This document shows, one piece after another, positions 36,601 through 48,650 of a stretch of DNA of 64,000 nt. The DNA lies in NCBI RefSeq assembly GCF_964194025.1, contig NC_134474.1, forward strand, positions 24,490,001-24,554,000. The letters are read 5' to 3'. The notes below the pieces were generated by a model. The model did no database searches. It was given only the letters and a program-made list of their open reading frames with translations, and was not told where the DNA came from. The translations under genes were made by a program, and so were the position numbers. The DNA comes from Convolutriloba macropyga (taxonomy: Eukaryota). The stretch's first letter is position 1. The number at the start of each line of letters is the position of its first letter.

Positions 36601-39600
36601 CAAAACTAACAGCAATTTTTAACCGCACGAAACTAGAAGCACCAGAATTGAAACCTGATTTTATTGTATTTACGACGCTATACGCCTGAAAGGTGAATTG
36701 ATACAAATTAAAAATTCCTTAGCCAGAAAAAAAGCTAAAATTTAAAATTATATAGTTGCTCAAAGCAGCTGTGAACTTTTTGTATCTATAAACAGTATTA
36801 CACGCCTTTGACCCTACTAAAACAACACAGATACTAGGCAGAAACTCACGGTAATTAGCTTCAGCCTAACAAAGCCATCGATGATGTCAGTCATATTTGA
36901 AAAATCTTACTTTTTCCTCTTCGAAATGAAAAGCATTTGATCTGACTTGATGTGAGAAATCAGCGACAAAGAGGTAAAGCGAATTGATATCACAAAGACA
37001 ATGATGAACACCGTAACTGATGACCATGCCTGAATCATCGGCTAGATTCTGGACGGTTACTTTCAACAGATACTCATCCATTAATTGATCATCGACGTGA
37101 AAGTTCTCCACGCACAGTTTGTAATCAAAGCCTCGAGATTTCAGCTCAGAGAGCGAAACCACGGCTGTGTCCAGGAATTGGACCTGAGCACCTTCATTGG
37201 TCAGATTTACGACCTCTTTTTCGAGATCGATTCTGTAAAAAATACATGGGTAAACTTTGTTGATTCTATCAAGAAATTTTTCTGACTACTAAAAAACCTC
37301 ACTATTTGCTACGGTAGCCGTAGCAAAACCTCACTTCTTTATTCTTAAATTGCTCAACCGTTTCCTTGCTTTTTTATTTATGTGATTAGTCATTTGATGT
37401 TTCATCTCAATGGTATTCATCTCGTTCGAAATCGACCAAAAGTTACCAAATTAACACGACTCTGTTGAAAAAATGGGATCCATTCTGTTTCCCCCTCCGC
37501 TTAGTGGGAATATATGTTTTAAAACCAGCAGCTGTGCATTATTTAATAATGATAATAATCAACATAGCCGGCAGATTGCCGAAAAATTGCCGCGATATAG
37601 ACGCTTGTGGCCTTCCATGAATTGAAACAACTAAAGAAACAAGATAGGCAGATTGAGCAAAAGTCCTTTAGTAGACTAGAATTTTTGGGTTATATACATA
37701 CTGTCAATTTTATGATACACATACGGTCTATAAGGAAAAAACCCTGAAAGAGCTTTTTCAAAACTGATTTTCGAAATCAAAAACTCAAGACTAATACTCA
37801 AGAATTAGGACATATAAGTTTGGCACTACTTAGATGCACACTATTGATCTTTAACTAGTAAATGTTCATTAAACAAAATTCCATAAGTGAGTTCAAAAGT
37901 CATTTTTTGAGTGAGGAAGTCACGCAATTGAACTAAAAGCTGAAATGACGTCACGCAGACAAATTTTAACTGCAAAGCAGTAGAAGTCGCTGAAGTCATT
38001 GAAAAAGTCAGGGTAAGACAAAACAAAAATCTGTTAGACGACGTAAAAAAACATAGTAGGACAAGTCCTGACGTACAATTCAAAACGTTTTCATTGACTA
38101 AACAAAAAACTAGACTTAGAAAGGACTATTAGAGTGAATTGGGAAAACCATTTCTAAAAAAACTCAGATGAAAATTTAAAAAAAAAACAGAAAATCAACG
38201 CCAAAATGGCGCATGTGGACAAAAAATCACTAGCGAGAAATGGAAATTTAGTTGAAACAAAAAACTAGGCGTAGAATGAACTATGAATGGATTGGGGAAA
38301 ACCATTTAGAAAAAAATCCGATCCAAAAAATTGAAAAAAAAACAGTAAAAACCAAAGTGAAATTGCCGCATGTGAACAAAAAACCACTATTGAGAAAGCG
38401 AATTTTTGTTCAAACACCGTTTTCTCACTCTACTTTAAAATTAGAGCACAAAAATTTCACGCCGCAAAACCACTCGCATTTTCGCTCCATTTCCTGTTTC
38501 GGCGTGACCAAAATCACTACTCCAATTTGACTTCAAAAATCAGGAAAATATGTAAACAGATCTTAAAAACAGACAGCGCCCCAACACAATTCAAATTCTT
38601 TGAATTGTAAAAAAAATTAGGAGCGCAATAATAGTCGCCTGGAATTGCTGATGCGGCTATTGATAAATCAGTATTTAGGGTCAAGTCCAGGGGAGTTTTA
38701 AGTCCCTAAGCAGTTTGTCAAAGTCGAGTCTTTTGGTATTACTGCACCTGGAACAGCCACAGATAATTCTCCAGGTACAAGGTCGTTCGGAGTCATATTT
38801 GTAAGTGAAAAATTTGAAGATGTTCATCAGTATCTCCTTGGCTTTGCTGATTTCTAACTAATCGATTTAAGTGTCAAGATGGGCACCCAGTAAATTGGCC
38901 AGTTTTCAAAATGTGAGCCAACTTACAATTGGCTCACATTTTGAGATAGTAATGTGTTATATAACACAATTTGTAACTGCGGGTCATAACAAACACTTGG
39001 GGAAACAGAATAGATCCAAAAGTTGATACACGGATAAGCTGTTAGATTATTCGGGTAGGCGAATAAGGAAAACATGTTACGGCATTTATATGCAAATGTT
39101 TTATTTCTTTTGCTTCTAGGTAATACTTAATATAAGCTACCTGAACAACTTACAATTGGCTCACATTTATCGTTCGACAATGATCAATTTAGAAAAGTGA
39201 ACAACATTTATCAATTTAATTTTTTCAACAAGAATTTTCTGAGCAGATCGATCTTTCGCACAACATGGACTCCCTAAGGTTTCATATGGTGCTTGCGAAT
39301 CTCCAGACAAAATGAATTGGAAAATAACTTGACTACTTGAAGAGCATAATATTGTACCAGATTTGGTCCCTTTATCTTGTCAGCAAATCGACAAGATCAA
39401 TTAATGCATTCTATAATGTTGGCAATCTCTCTGCTTTTATAGCATTCAACAATAAACAAATTATGATTCAACAGCTGAAAGCAATACCTCCCGCTAAGCT
39501 CTGGGTACCGGTTCAGTGTAGCCTCTAATGCTCGCAACAGTTGTTCATCTTGCACTTTGTAATTGTAGAAAAACCAAACATGAAAACGGAATGGAGGCAT

Positions 39601-39702
39601 CATGGTGTCGAAGCAACACAAAGAACTTTCTTTACCATGGTACTCAGAGTGGTTGGAAGCTTTCACCAATGATGAGCTTCTGACAGCAAACTTGCTGGCC
39701 AT
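33699..39702 (-). CDS. BAHD-family CoA-dependent acyltransferase (Transferase family), 458 aa; exons 39702-39488, 37232-36911, 34538-33699
   Basis: Spliced frame is continuous (215+322+840=1377 nt, GT-AG introns, phases 2 and 0). Motifs: YPELSGR (YPLAGR), NEGA, catalytic HCLCD (HxxxD), FEHPEF, NSRFRRNPKVPVTYFGN, VTNW..WYKAADLGSGGP (DFGWG-like), PSKDGGLEV. Confidence 0.88.
37561..38661 (-). mobile_element. HINE of the same family, in BAHD intron 1
   Basis: Starts AACATAGCCGGCAGATTGCCGAAAAATTGCCGC and ends GCGGCTATT. Shares internal GAGTGAGGAAGTC and AAATGACGTCA blocks with 24541-25039. Confidence 0.7.
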
Positions 39703-39744
39703 TTTATTCAATTAAAGAAATCTGAAAATAGGAGTCAAATTCTC

Positions 39745-39856
39745 GGGTCTTTCCCATTATAGCCCCCCCCCCCCCCCCCCATGAAATTATAGCCCCCCAT
39801 TATGGTATAATTACCATGATTTTGGGGGGGGGGGGGGGCTATAATAGGAAAGACCC
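39745..39856. mobile_element. 112-bp palindromic MITE with poly-C/poly-G arms and 8-bp TSD
   Basis: TIR GGGTCTTTCC(C/T)ATTATAGCCCC...; flanks AAATTCTC / AAATTTTC; absent from the paralogous BAHD fragments in the tandem array. Confidence 0.8.
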
Positions 39857-40325
39857 AAATTTTCAATATTTGCCGGCTGCTCCCCTGCCATTAACTACAC
39901 CACTCAGTTCGTTTCAGCGGTTTCGAATCCGTCCGGATATCACGTTTTTCCAGTTACCTTTTATGAACTGCAATATTCCCTAAACTTTATATACCGTTGT
40001 AGTACTTGATTGTCAATGATGTCCCAATAACGAAACTTTCAGCTTTGAAGTCGAAAGAACCTCTTCGCTCATAATATCTAGTAATTCCAGTTAAAACAGT
40101 CAAATTAGGGTTGAGCTTTTGTTAGCTCAAAACAAATCGAAATTTCGAATCTCGCAGTTTACACCTTGGTAAAAGACATGTCAATAGTGAGTTGATTAAT
40201 CAAGTAGCAAAAAAGGTTCCTTTTGTGAATTCCAATTTCAAACCATTTTAATTTGTCTCTAGTCTTCAATTGCGTAGTTCGTGCATACCTGGCAGTAATG
40301 GTTTTGTAATAGAAATAATTGAGCT

Positions 40326-43300
40326 GCAGAGACGAATTGTCAATTAAAAATTAATTTGATGTAAAAAATTAAACTATTTCGAACACTGCGTTCATCGTCA
40401 GGTTTAACGATCAAATAAAATCACTTACAAAGTGTATAAACTTGTCTTAGACTATTGATTTGTAAGAAATGAGTTAAAATAACGAAATTTTGAAATTATT
40501 AGAGTCAAAATCACATTTACATTTTTTAAAATTTTTTACATCAAAATCAATTCAATCTTTATTCCGGAGTTTTTGAAAATCCCGGATGTATTGTTTTCTT
40601 TTCCTGAAAAAATTTTTTTTCTTTAATTCTTATCCGTTGTTTTCTTCTACTTGTTCGCGTTGACAAAACTTCGAATTAACATGTACCAGAATAACTTTTG
40701 AAAGTCAAGTTTTGTATTTGACATAATACTTCAATGACAATTGCCGCCCGGTACTCGTCGCGCCTGTTTAGCTGCGGTTTCAGCTTTTTTATGTAGACGG
40801 CTTCTTTTGTCATAAGTTTTTCAACCCCGCGTCATGCATCTAGGTTCTCCCATTCAATAATGTGCGCTCTACAATAACACTGAACGAGTTGTTGTCCCAA
40901 AGGCGAATCGTTTTTTTGATGCTCCGAAAATCAAGTGGTAATATGTCGGCTGCTTTGGCCAACACAGATGGAATTGCATCCATTACAAGTCACTTTATTT
41001 ACCACATGGAAATTAACACACTCATCAAAAGATGATTTCAGGGTGCGCAAGCAAGTTCTTAGTTTTCTCGATGTGAAAATGAACTGAATATCACACAATT
41101 TTTTCAGTATTCTTGCAAAACTTTGAGTGATATTTCCTCTGTATTGAAAAAAAAACATCGGTTCACTCTGTTTTTCAATACAGAGGAAATACCACTCAAA
41201 GCTCTGCAAGAAGACTGAAAATATTGTGTGATGTTCAGTTCATGGGAATTCACACTCTCATCAAAGGATGATTTCAGGGTGCGCAAGCAAGTTCTTATTT
41301 TTCTCAATGTAAAAATGAGCTCAATATCACAAAATTTTTTCAGTCTTCTTGCAAAACTTTTAGTGATATTTCCTCTGTATTGAACAAAAAGCCTCGGTTT
41401 CAGCTCAATTTTGTTGATATTTTTAGTTGTTTTCAGATGTTGTTCATTTTTGGTGGGTTTGCTGTGACCATTAGCTTTCTGACTATGTTATACAACGTCC
41501 CATTAACAATACTGTTTGACCACTCAGTTGAATATTGATTTTCAGTCCATATCTCAAGATTTTTTTAAGAGCTACATCAAATGATTGCCAGTCACTGATT
41601 GCGTTAAAAAACCTATATACACTCCCCTCAATTATAATTATTTTATGTTTTAATGGTGAACAGCTACGGAAATTTAGGACTATGCCGGTATCTGTCAATT
41701 TTTAATACCAATTGCAGCTAATTTTTCTATCATCATTTACGTTAAATTTCAGATCTAGACATCAGGTCTCCACAACTGTTGGGTGTCTCAAGAGTGAACT
41801 GTAAGTTTTTGTGAAGAAAAGTTGCAAACTCATTGTAATCTAAAGGGTTTCCCTTGACATTGCACAGTCTGTCATCCAAATACCTCATGAACAAATTCAA
41901 CTCCTGTGTGTCCTCTGTTGTACCTTTTTCTGTACAAAACGAACAGATCCATACAACTTCCTTCATGGTCTTATACTCCGTGTCAGTGATACATTGGCAT
42001 TCGGGACGAAACCAACTTTTGCATGATTTGCAGTCTTTACATTTCCCTCGGACTCGGAAAGTAACATCATCGGTTACAATCAATTCACATTCTCTTTATA
42101 TCAGGAATTCTGTTCTCCCTTCCCTCATTTGGTTTTTGCAAGGATTTTTTTTACAAGATTTTCTCCACAAATTTACCAAAATTACCGCTAGTGAAGCACC
42201 CACTGCTATACCGCACGATGGAGTGTACCACATTTCATTACACTTTAGGTAAACATTCGTTACGGCTAGTCCCAAAAGGCTCTTCATAGTTGACGTCGGA
42301 ATCACAAGAACCTCTTTGCTGGAGTACAGTTCTTTAAGCGCAATTTCAATTGCCTCCTCAACCGGCACATTGTTGTACGGAACGGGTGTACCGTTTTTTA
42401 TGTACTTTAGCAAGTCCATAAAGCCTAGCCGGTTGCGATCCAGTTTTTCTGGGACTACGACAAATATTTTCACTTATCTTTCCCTGTTTCAATAGTTGAT
42501 GCAATCAAGTATCGATCTATTTGTCAGCTCTTATTTTTAGATCATTACTTTCTCCATTACAATCCTCAAATTGACTGGCACTAAGGATATCATTTAGTTT
42601 ATCAGAGTAAATTGTCTCTTTCATAACACAAAAACCACTACTTTTATCAAATGTACAGCTAGTGTTTTTTGATTCTTTAAAAATCTTTTACGTTTAGCCC
42701 CTCTGTTCATTGGTTTCTCACCTAAGTTCTTGGCATACCATTTTGCAGACAATTCACATAACTCCTCGCCATCAGTGTTGTTCTCCCTTAACTCACGAAA
42801 TAATCTGCCTACATCCTCAAGGACGTGCACTTTATTAAATTTGTCTCCAACTGGTTGCTTTGGACCTAAAGATAAGACGTCCAGATCAACACTGTACCTT
42901 GTAACATTATTATTATGAAATCATTTCTGCAAAGGTGTGTCCTGTCTGTCAGACAGCTTCGTCAACTTGTCGTGAAGTCTCATATCTCATTTATTTTCTA
43001 ATGCTGAACACAATTGATGGTAAAAATTCTTTTATCACCTTTTCCCTCAGAATGTCCCTATCCTCTTCAAGTTTTTCTTCGAAAAATCTATGGGCTTGTT
43101 CCGCACGAATTATTTTTTTCCTTAAGAGTTTAAGCTGAAGCCTTTAATCCGCTTGTTCTAAAAAACTTCGTTTTTTAATTCGAAAATTCAAGAAATCATG
43201 AATGATATCAATATTAGTACAGTTTTACAAAACATCTATTCGAAATTTTCAGTTTTTTAGTTTATTTGAAGATTTTACATAGTTTAGGTATCGTTCTAAC

Positions 43301-44260
43301 CAGTTGTTATGCCTGAGAATGTATCTGAGCCAAGTTTGTGGTAGATTTTTGTGCCTCACGTAAGCTCGCTCAATGACAGGTGGCAATGAAACCCTATTGT
43401 TCAGCTCCACTCTCGTTTTTGTGCAATTTCTACCAGTCTTACCTTCGCTCTCCCTTCCTCTGTCGTTTCCCGAGGTTCTTCCCATTTTCCTTTTTGAGCA
43501 GAGCTTTCAGGTTTCTTGGTGTCGTAGAACAATGTCCAGTGACTTGATCACACTTGCCTATTTCTGGTGGAGCGCACTTTAGTCTTCCAGCTGTTCTTTT
43601 TGCTTTCGCTTCGATATCAGGTGCTTTGTCACCCTCCGAACTGGTATCCCATTGCTCAACAACTCTTTGGAAAAATCAGGGGTTCCAGTGCGCTGACAGT
43701 ATACTAGCACTTTAAACTTGTTCGTGTTTGTGATCAAGTAGTCTGTCAGCTATTGTACACTGCTTGGTCTGTAGTTGTTCGATTTGTGTCTTGATATGCG
43801 CTTGTTGGTTAGCTCATGCCAACACAACTATGGCAGTCCTTGTTCTCAATCGGCCATTGACCAGAAAATTGTGTTCGTTTCTCAAACAATTTTTTGTAAT
43901 GAGATTTAAAGAAGGTCCAAGGGCTGTTGCTAATGTTTGTCAGAAGTTCCCTCTTTTGACTCTAGTGAACACTTTTTACAGTGTGATGGAATGAGCTGGC
44001 TGCCAAAAATATGAATCATCCTATCAGTAAAGTTTTAGAAAACTAGTAAATTTTTGCGTTCTCTCGCTTTTTTGGGCCCGTTAAAGATCGAATTGTTAAT
44101 GGTTAGGGATGCAGAGAAGAATTATCAATTAAAAATTAATTTGATGTAAAAAAAAATAAAATAGTTTGAACATTTTCCTCGTCAGGTTTAACGATAAAGT
44201 AAAATCATTTACAAAGTGTATAAAATTGTCTTAAACTATTGATTTCTAAGAAATTAGAGT
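40326..44260 (-). mobile_element. Penelope-like retroelement (RT + GIY-YIG), decayed, flanked by ~150-bp direct repeats (40326-40477, 44111-44262)
   Basis: YNNVPVEEAIEIAL, GIAVGASLAVILVNLW, FMRYLDD, HKNLQFTLE, DTGIVLNFRSCSPLKHK, and GIY-YIG-type VVNKVTCNGCNSICVGQSSRHITT; multiple stops and frameshifts. Confidence 0.88.
40369..40407 (-). ncRNA. Minimal type I hammerhead ribozyme-like motif in the Penelope terminal repeat
   Basis: Minus strand: TTAAAC CTGACGA T GAAC-GCAGT-GTTC GAAA TA GTTTAA (stem I, CUGANGA core, stem II, GAAA, UH). Stem III/loop is missing; the second copy at ~44160-44192 is degenerate. Confidence 0.45.
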
Positions 44261-44699
44261 TAACTTGACATTCGATTTTCATTTTTTTTATATATGATGT
44301 TCACATACTAATGAAAAATATTCAAAAATGTTGACAAAGGTGAACAAAATAATTGCCTTTTGATGAACGTAGCGATTTTGTTTTTACAGATTAGTTTGTC
44401 CATGCCTTTTTTTTTAATTGTTAAGCTTTTCTGCAACCTTTTTCCTTCTGTGTTCAAACAACATACTTCCCGTTTGGCAGCCTTTGAGTGAGCTTCACTA
44501 ATTGTCTTCTTTGAGATTCCGTTGTCATTAAATTGTCATTTTGGCTATTTTTCAATGTTTTAAAATATTCTTAACAAAATGTTTCCCCCTATTTGATTTG
44601 TCAATAGATTTTTTTGGTTTATTATTGATTAACCTAATATATTTCTTCTACGCATCCGAGATTAGTTGAAAAATCTCAAGCATTTTTTTGCAAACTGAA

Positions 44700-47600
44700 G
44701 AGTAATGGTAATCAATGATTCTAAGTCAAAACAATCTGAACTGATTGGAGTCAACGGTATTATTTCAAAGTCTGTTCAACATTTTATATGATGTTTGAAA
44801 GAACGTCCCGAACGATTGAACTGTTCACCAACACTGCCTATCTTATATTCCTGCAACGTCAAACTAATAACTGCCGTTTTCCTCTAAAGCGAGTTGCTGA
44901 AAACCATCCAATACCTTGTTGAATTATACTTTTGTCTATTCTTTTTTCAAGCAATATCGCAATAGAAAATCTCAAACTCTCGTTGAGTTGAATCAAAATT
45001 TCTCCTTTTTTGGCTGATAATGTTAATTGGATGGACTTTTTGGGCATTGAATGTCATAATTGCACTCAGAAAACTACAAAAAACAGTTTTGGTAGTACTT
45101 TGAAAAAGACTGCTCTCGCTGATAGGCATATAAACGGAAAATATCACCTTTTTTGTACCTGTGCCCAGTTTTTACAGTAAAATGGTCAAGATAGTCCAAT
45201 GCAACATTTTCAAAAGCTGACGAGGCATTTAACCACTCCTCCAATAAATCTACCATAACCGTTGTTATCGTAACCGTTCTGCTCTGACTTTAGGTAACAC
45301 GTTTTATTTTCACTGGTTCTCAGGCGTTTCGTAAGCCTCGGATCTACATTGTTCACTCCAGAACAAAATTCCCTGAAACATCAAGGCCTCTGATTATTGT
45401 TCTTATATTCATTTCACACGAACATGTCAACTGCTTGATGTCTTCAATAGAGAAATTTTAAATCCTTTTGCAGTGAATTCCCATTAACTTTTGCCTATTA
45501 TAATGGCTTTAAAACCAATAACTCCTTTGTCATTTAGGAAGATTAAGAACTGTAATAAGATGGTGTTTTCCGATTTTCCTTTTTGAGCTTTCATATCTTC
45601 AGTAAACTATCACTGTTTTAGATGCCTGAAGATTTTATTTTTTCGCTAGTTTACTCTCTTGATTACACACTGTAAACGTTTCTGCATTCGGTATTGGTCA
45701 ATTCTCGCAAAAAGCAGGACATTTTAACACATAGTTTTAAAAGACGCATAATTATTCCCTTTTAATAAGAACCTGTGGTCTGTTTTTTTCCAAATTGTTT
45801 TAAGAGGACAGATCAGGGTATACCCTATCCAAATCCATCAAAAACTAAGTTCATTTGCTTTTACCAATCAATTTCTGGTTGCTTCAGTCAAGCCGGCTCA
45901 CTGAACAATTCACATCTCTTGAGTACCTCAATTAATTTGATTCCAATGTCGCTGATTTGTTGATACCTTTCTTTTGATTCCACTGTGAAACGTCAGTTGT
46001 ATTTGGCATCTCTCTTACTGGATTGGTTACAAATCATTGTTTTCTACGAGTGCAGCGTTTCGTGCACTGCATTAGTAGAACAGCTCTAAATGAGTCTGAA
46101 CAGAATTGAAACTTTATGTCGCAGTTCATGTTCCTTGACAATCTGTACCTTCAACAGGACCACAGAACTGAAAATGGCGGTTCCAAAACAGGCATTGATA
46201 GATGTATCATTGATGCTACTCTGCACCTTCTGAAACCAATCCTGAGCCAGCTAAGTAGTCTTTGGGTTGAGAACGTAGATATACCAGCGCAGACAAATTG
46301 TCTTCAAATGCGTCAGCAATCCCATATAACGCTGTATTGTTTTTTGCCGTTCAAACGTATAATCTTTTGATGCAGGTTTCGGCTAAAACTAAAAGTTGAT
46401 TCTTCCACAAAATTGACAATGCTTCTTCACCAAGTGTCAGCTCGTTGTTCCTATGTTGTTCATCTTTTGATCGAGATGCCTTTAGAATGTCTTCTCATTT
46501 GATCAGTGAAGGCAGCAAACGGTCTGACTAGGTAAAACACTGAAAGCATTAATGACAAAATCTTCCTCTGAGGTGATGGTTCTTCGAATTCTCTGCTGCT
46601 TCGTCTGCGCACACAAGATCTAAATCAGTAACAATCCAGTAGAGTACAAGCAATGAAGATCCATATGTATTAGTATCAGTTTTGACATGCTTTGTATTGC
46701 TGATCGACCGCAATTTTCAGGAATTTCGTTTAAAACTACATCTTTGTTATCATTAATCAATTGCACTTGAATTAGGAAATTGGTTGCATCAACTTCATTG
46801 CAACGAGAATCATTTCGTTGTAACTGAATCTCCCTCACCTCACAGCAAATATTTGGCAAAATGCAGAATTTCAACTCCAAATTTTTGACCCTCGTTTTAA
46901 TTTACTTGAACAAATTCGTTATTTCTTGAGCTATATAAATGCCTCATGCAAATTATATCCTGTTCGTTATTTGGTGTTGGGGGCAAAATGGTCTAACATC
47001 CTCTGTCAGGGTTTTTACCGAAAATTTGCCAAAAGTTGTTTCAATAAACCTATGAAATAGATCGGATCCTGCTTGTTAATTGTCAATTGCGCCCAATTTT
47101 TTTCAAACTTTGGAACCAGCAATGAAAACGCGTCTCAGTTGGCGGGATTTATCCAGGCCAAGCAACGGCAAAAGTCATTCTTTTCCTGAAAGTGTCTTTC
47201 ACTTCGGTTCCATCTAGTGTTTTACAAATTCTTTTTTGACATGTACATCTTTCTATTGCTTATACAAACGTTTCTGATGCAAACTTTTCAACTTTTTTTC
47301 AAGTTTTGATCCTCAGAAGAAAAATGACCCCAACCCCAGTTTTAGTTGTTAATTATGTTTGTTTCTGGCCCACTCCATAGCATCCCCGCGTTGTACTACT
47401 CAGCTGAAAATCTCATTTTACTCAGCAGCATTTTCTCTCCTTGCAGTTTTTTTTCAATTGTCTGACGAAGTTGATTTTGGAGTAATATTTTTCAATATCT
47501 TGGATCTCAGCCTCTTTCACTTCTTCTGTGGAAGCAAAATGACCAAAGATTTGTTTCTTGCCGTCATCTTTTCTGAGACTACCCATCTTTAACTCGAACT

Positions 47601-48650
47601 GTGAGAAGTCTCCTTTTGTCCGGTAAAATTTTGCTAATTTCTAAAACCGTGCTCCGTTTATTCCAGCTGTGTGGAGGATAAAATCGGTGCCTCAGGTTCA
47701 AAAGTTCTCACGAAACACGCGTTGCGCGATGAGTGAAGTCGTTGATCCGCTATCACGGAACGATAATGTGATCAGCCCGTAACCAGCGCTCTGTACTGTT
47801 ACAGAAACTATCTGGAGAGAGCTTGCAACCCTGTCACTCTTGTTTACTGTTGCTCCGCTTTAATTGACTGCGTTCTTAGCCTCGTCTATTTAATTTTCTG
47901 TTCATAGGAATCGATTGTGCTTCTTGACATAACTTTTTACATTTTACGCGTTGACGTCAGATTATTTGATTTAGAGTTGTTTGCACAGACATTCGTAACA
48001 AAAGCGTTTCTTTCTCACCAATTGGCGGTTGCTCACATACAACCACAGAGTTTTAAAGCCGTGTGCTTAAAAACTTTTTTCTGCATTTGGGTTCCTACTC
48101 AACTTTCATTTTCTTGTTTTCTAAGGTTACATCAAATTCCTGTCTTTAGTCCCATAGTCATTTTAAATCAATAACCTCCTGAGCCAGAATGATAGCGTTT
48201 TGCTTTCAATTGAAGCATTTATTTGAGCGAAAACTCAAATGATTGAAGCCATGCTTCAGCTTGCTTCAGCGTTAGCTAATTTTTTCCAATGATTATGACG
48301 GGTGTGCAAACGCCCCGTTTGAATGGGTTTTTGGTTTTACTGCCCTCAAATTGAGTCTTCTTATGTTTTTTCCCGAGTATGCTAGCCATATTTAGCATAA
48401 AGTTGGTGCTTTATGCTCCCATTTTCTCGTGCAGACTTAGATAGACGGATCGAATTTTTGCTCCATTTTTGATCAGCCGGACGTCTTTTTATGATACCAT
48501 CATTCAGTATTGGGATAGGAAGTAACTGCAGAAAACTGGCAACTTCGTTAATCTGGCTGTTTCTTGCTTTGATTTTGTTGACTGCATAATTGCCTGCAGC
48601 CATTTGATTTTCTGAGTTTAGCAATCCATTGTGCTTCGTGGCTTACCCGG
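44700..48650 (-). mobile_element. BEL/Pao retrotransposon, heavily decayed internal region
   Basis: Remnant peptides DSGSTTS (protease, ~47740), PQRKILSLMLSVF..PFAAF (RT/Pao, ~46550), MVDLLEEWL.ASSAFENVALDYLDHFTVK (integrase, ~45200), PLTPISSD (~44745). Confidence 0.8.

Noticed and set aside
38908-38942. Short palindrome AAAATGTGAGCCAA..TTGGCTCACATTTT with a partial repeat at ~39147
   Set aside because: Small intronic repeat remnant; nothing supports a function.
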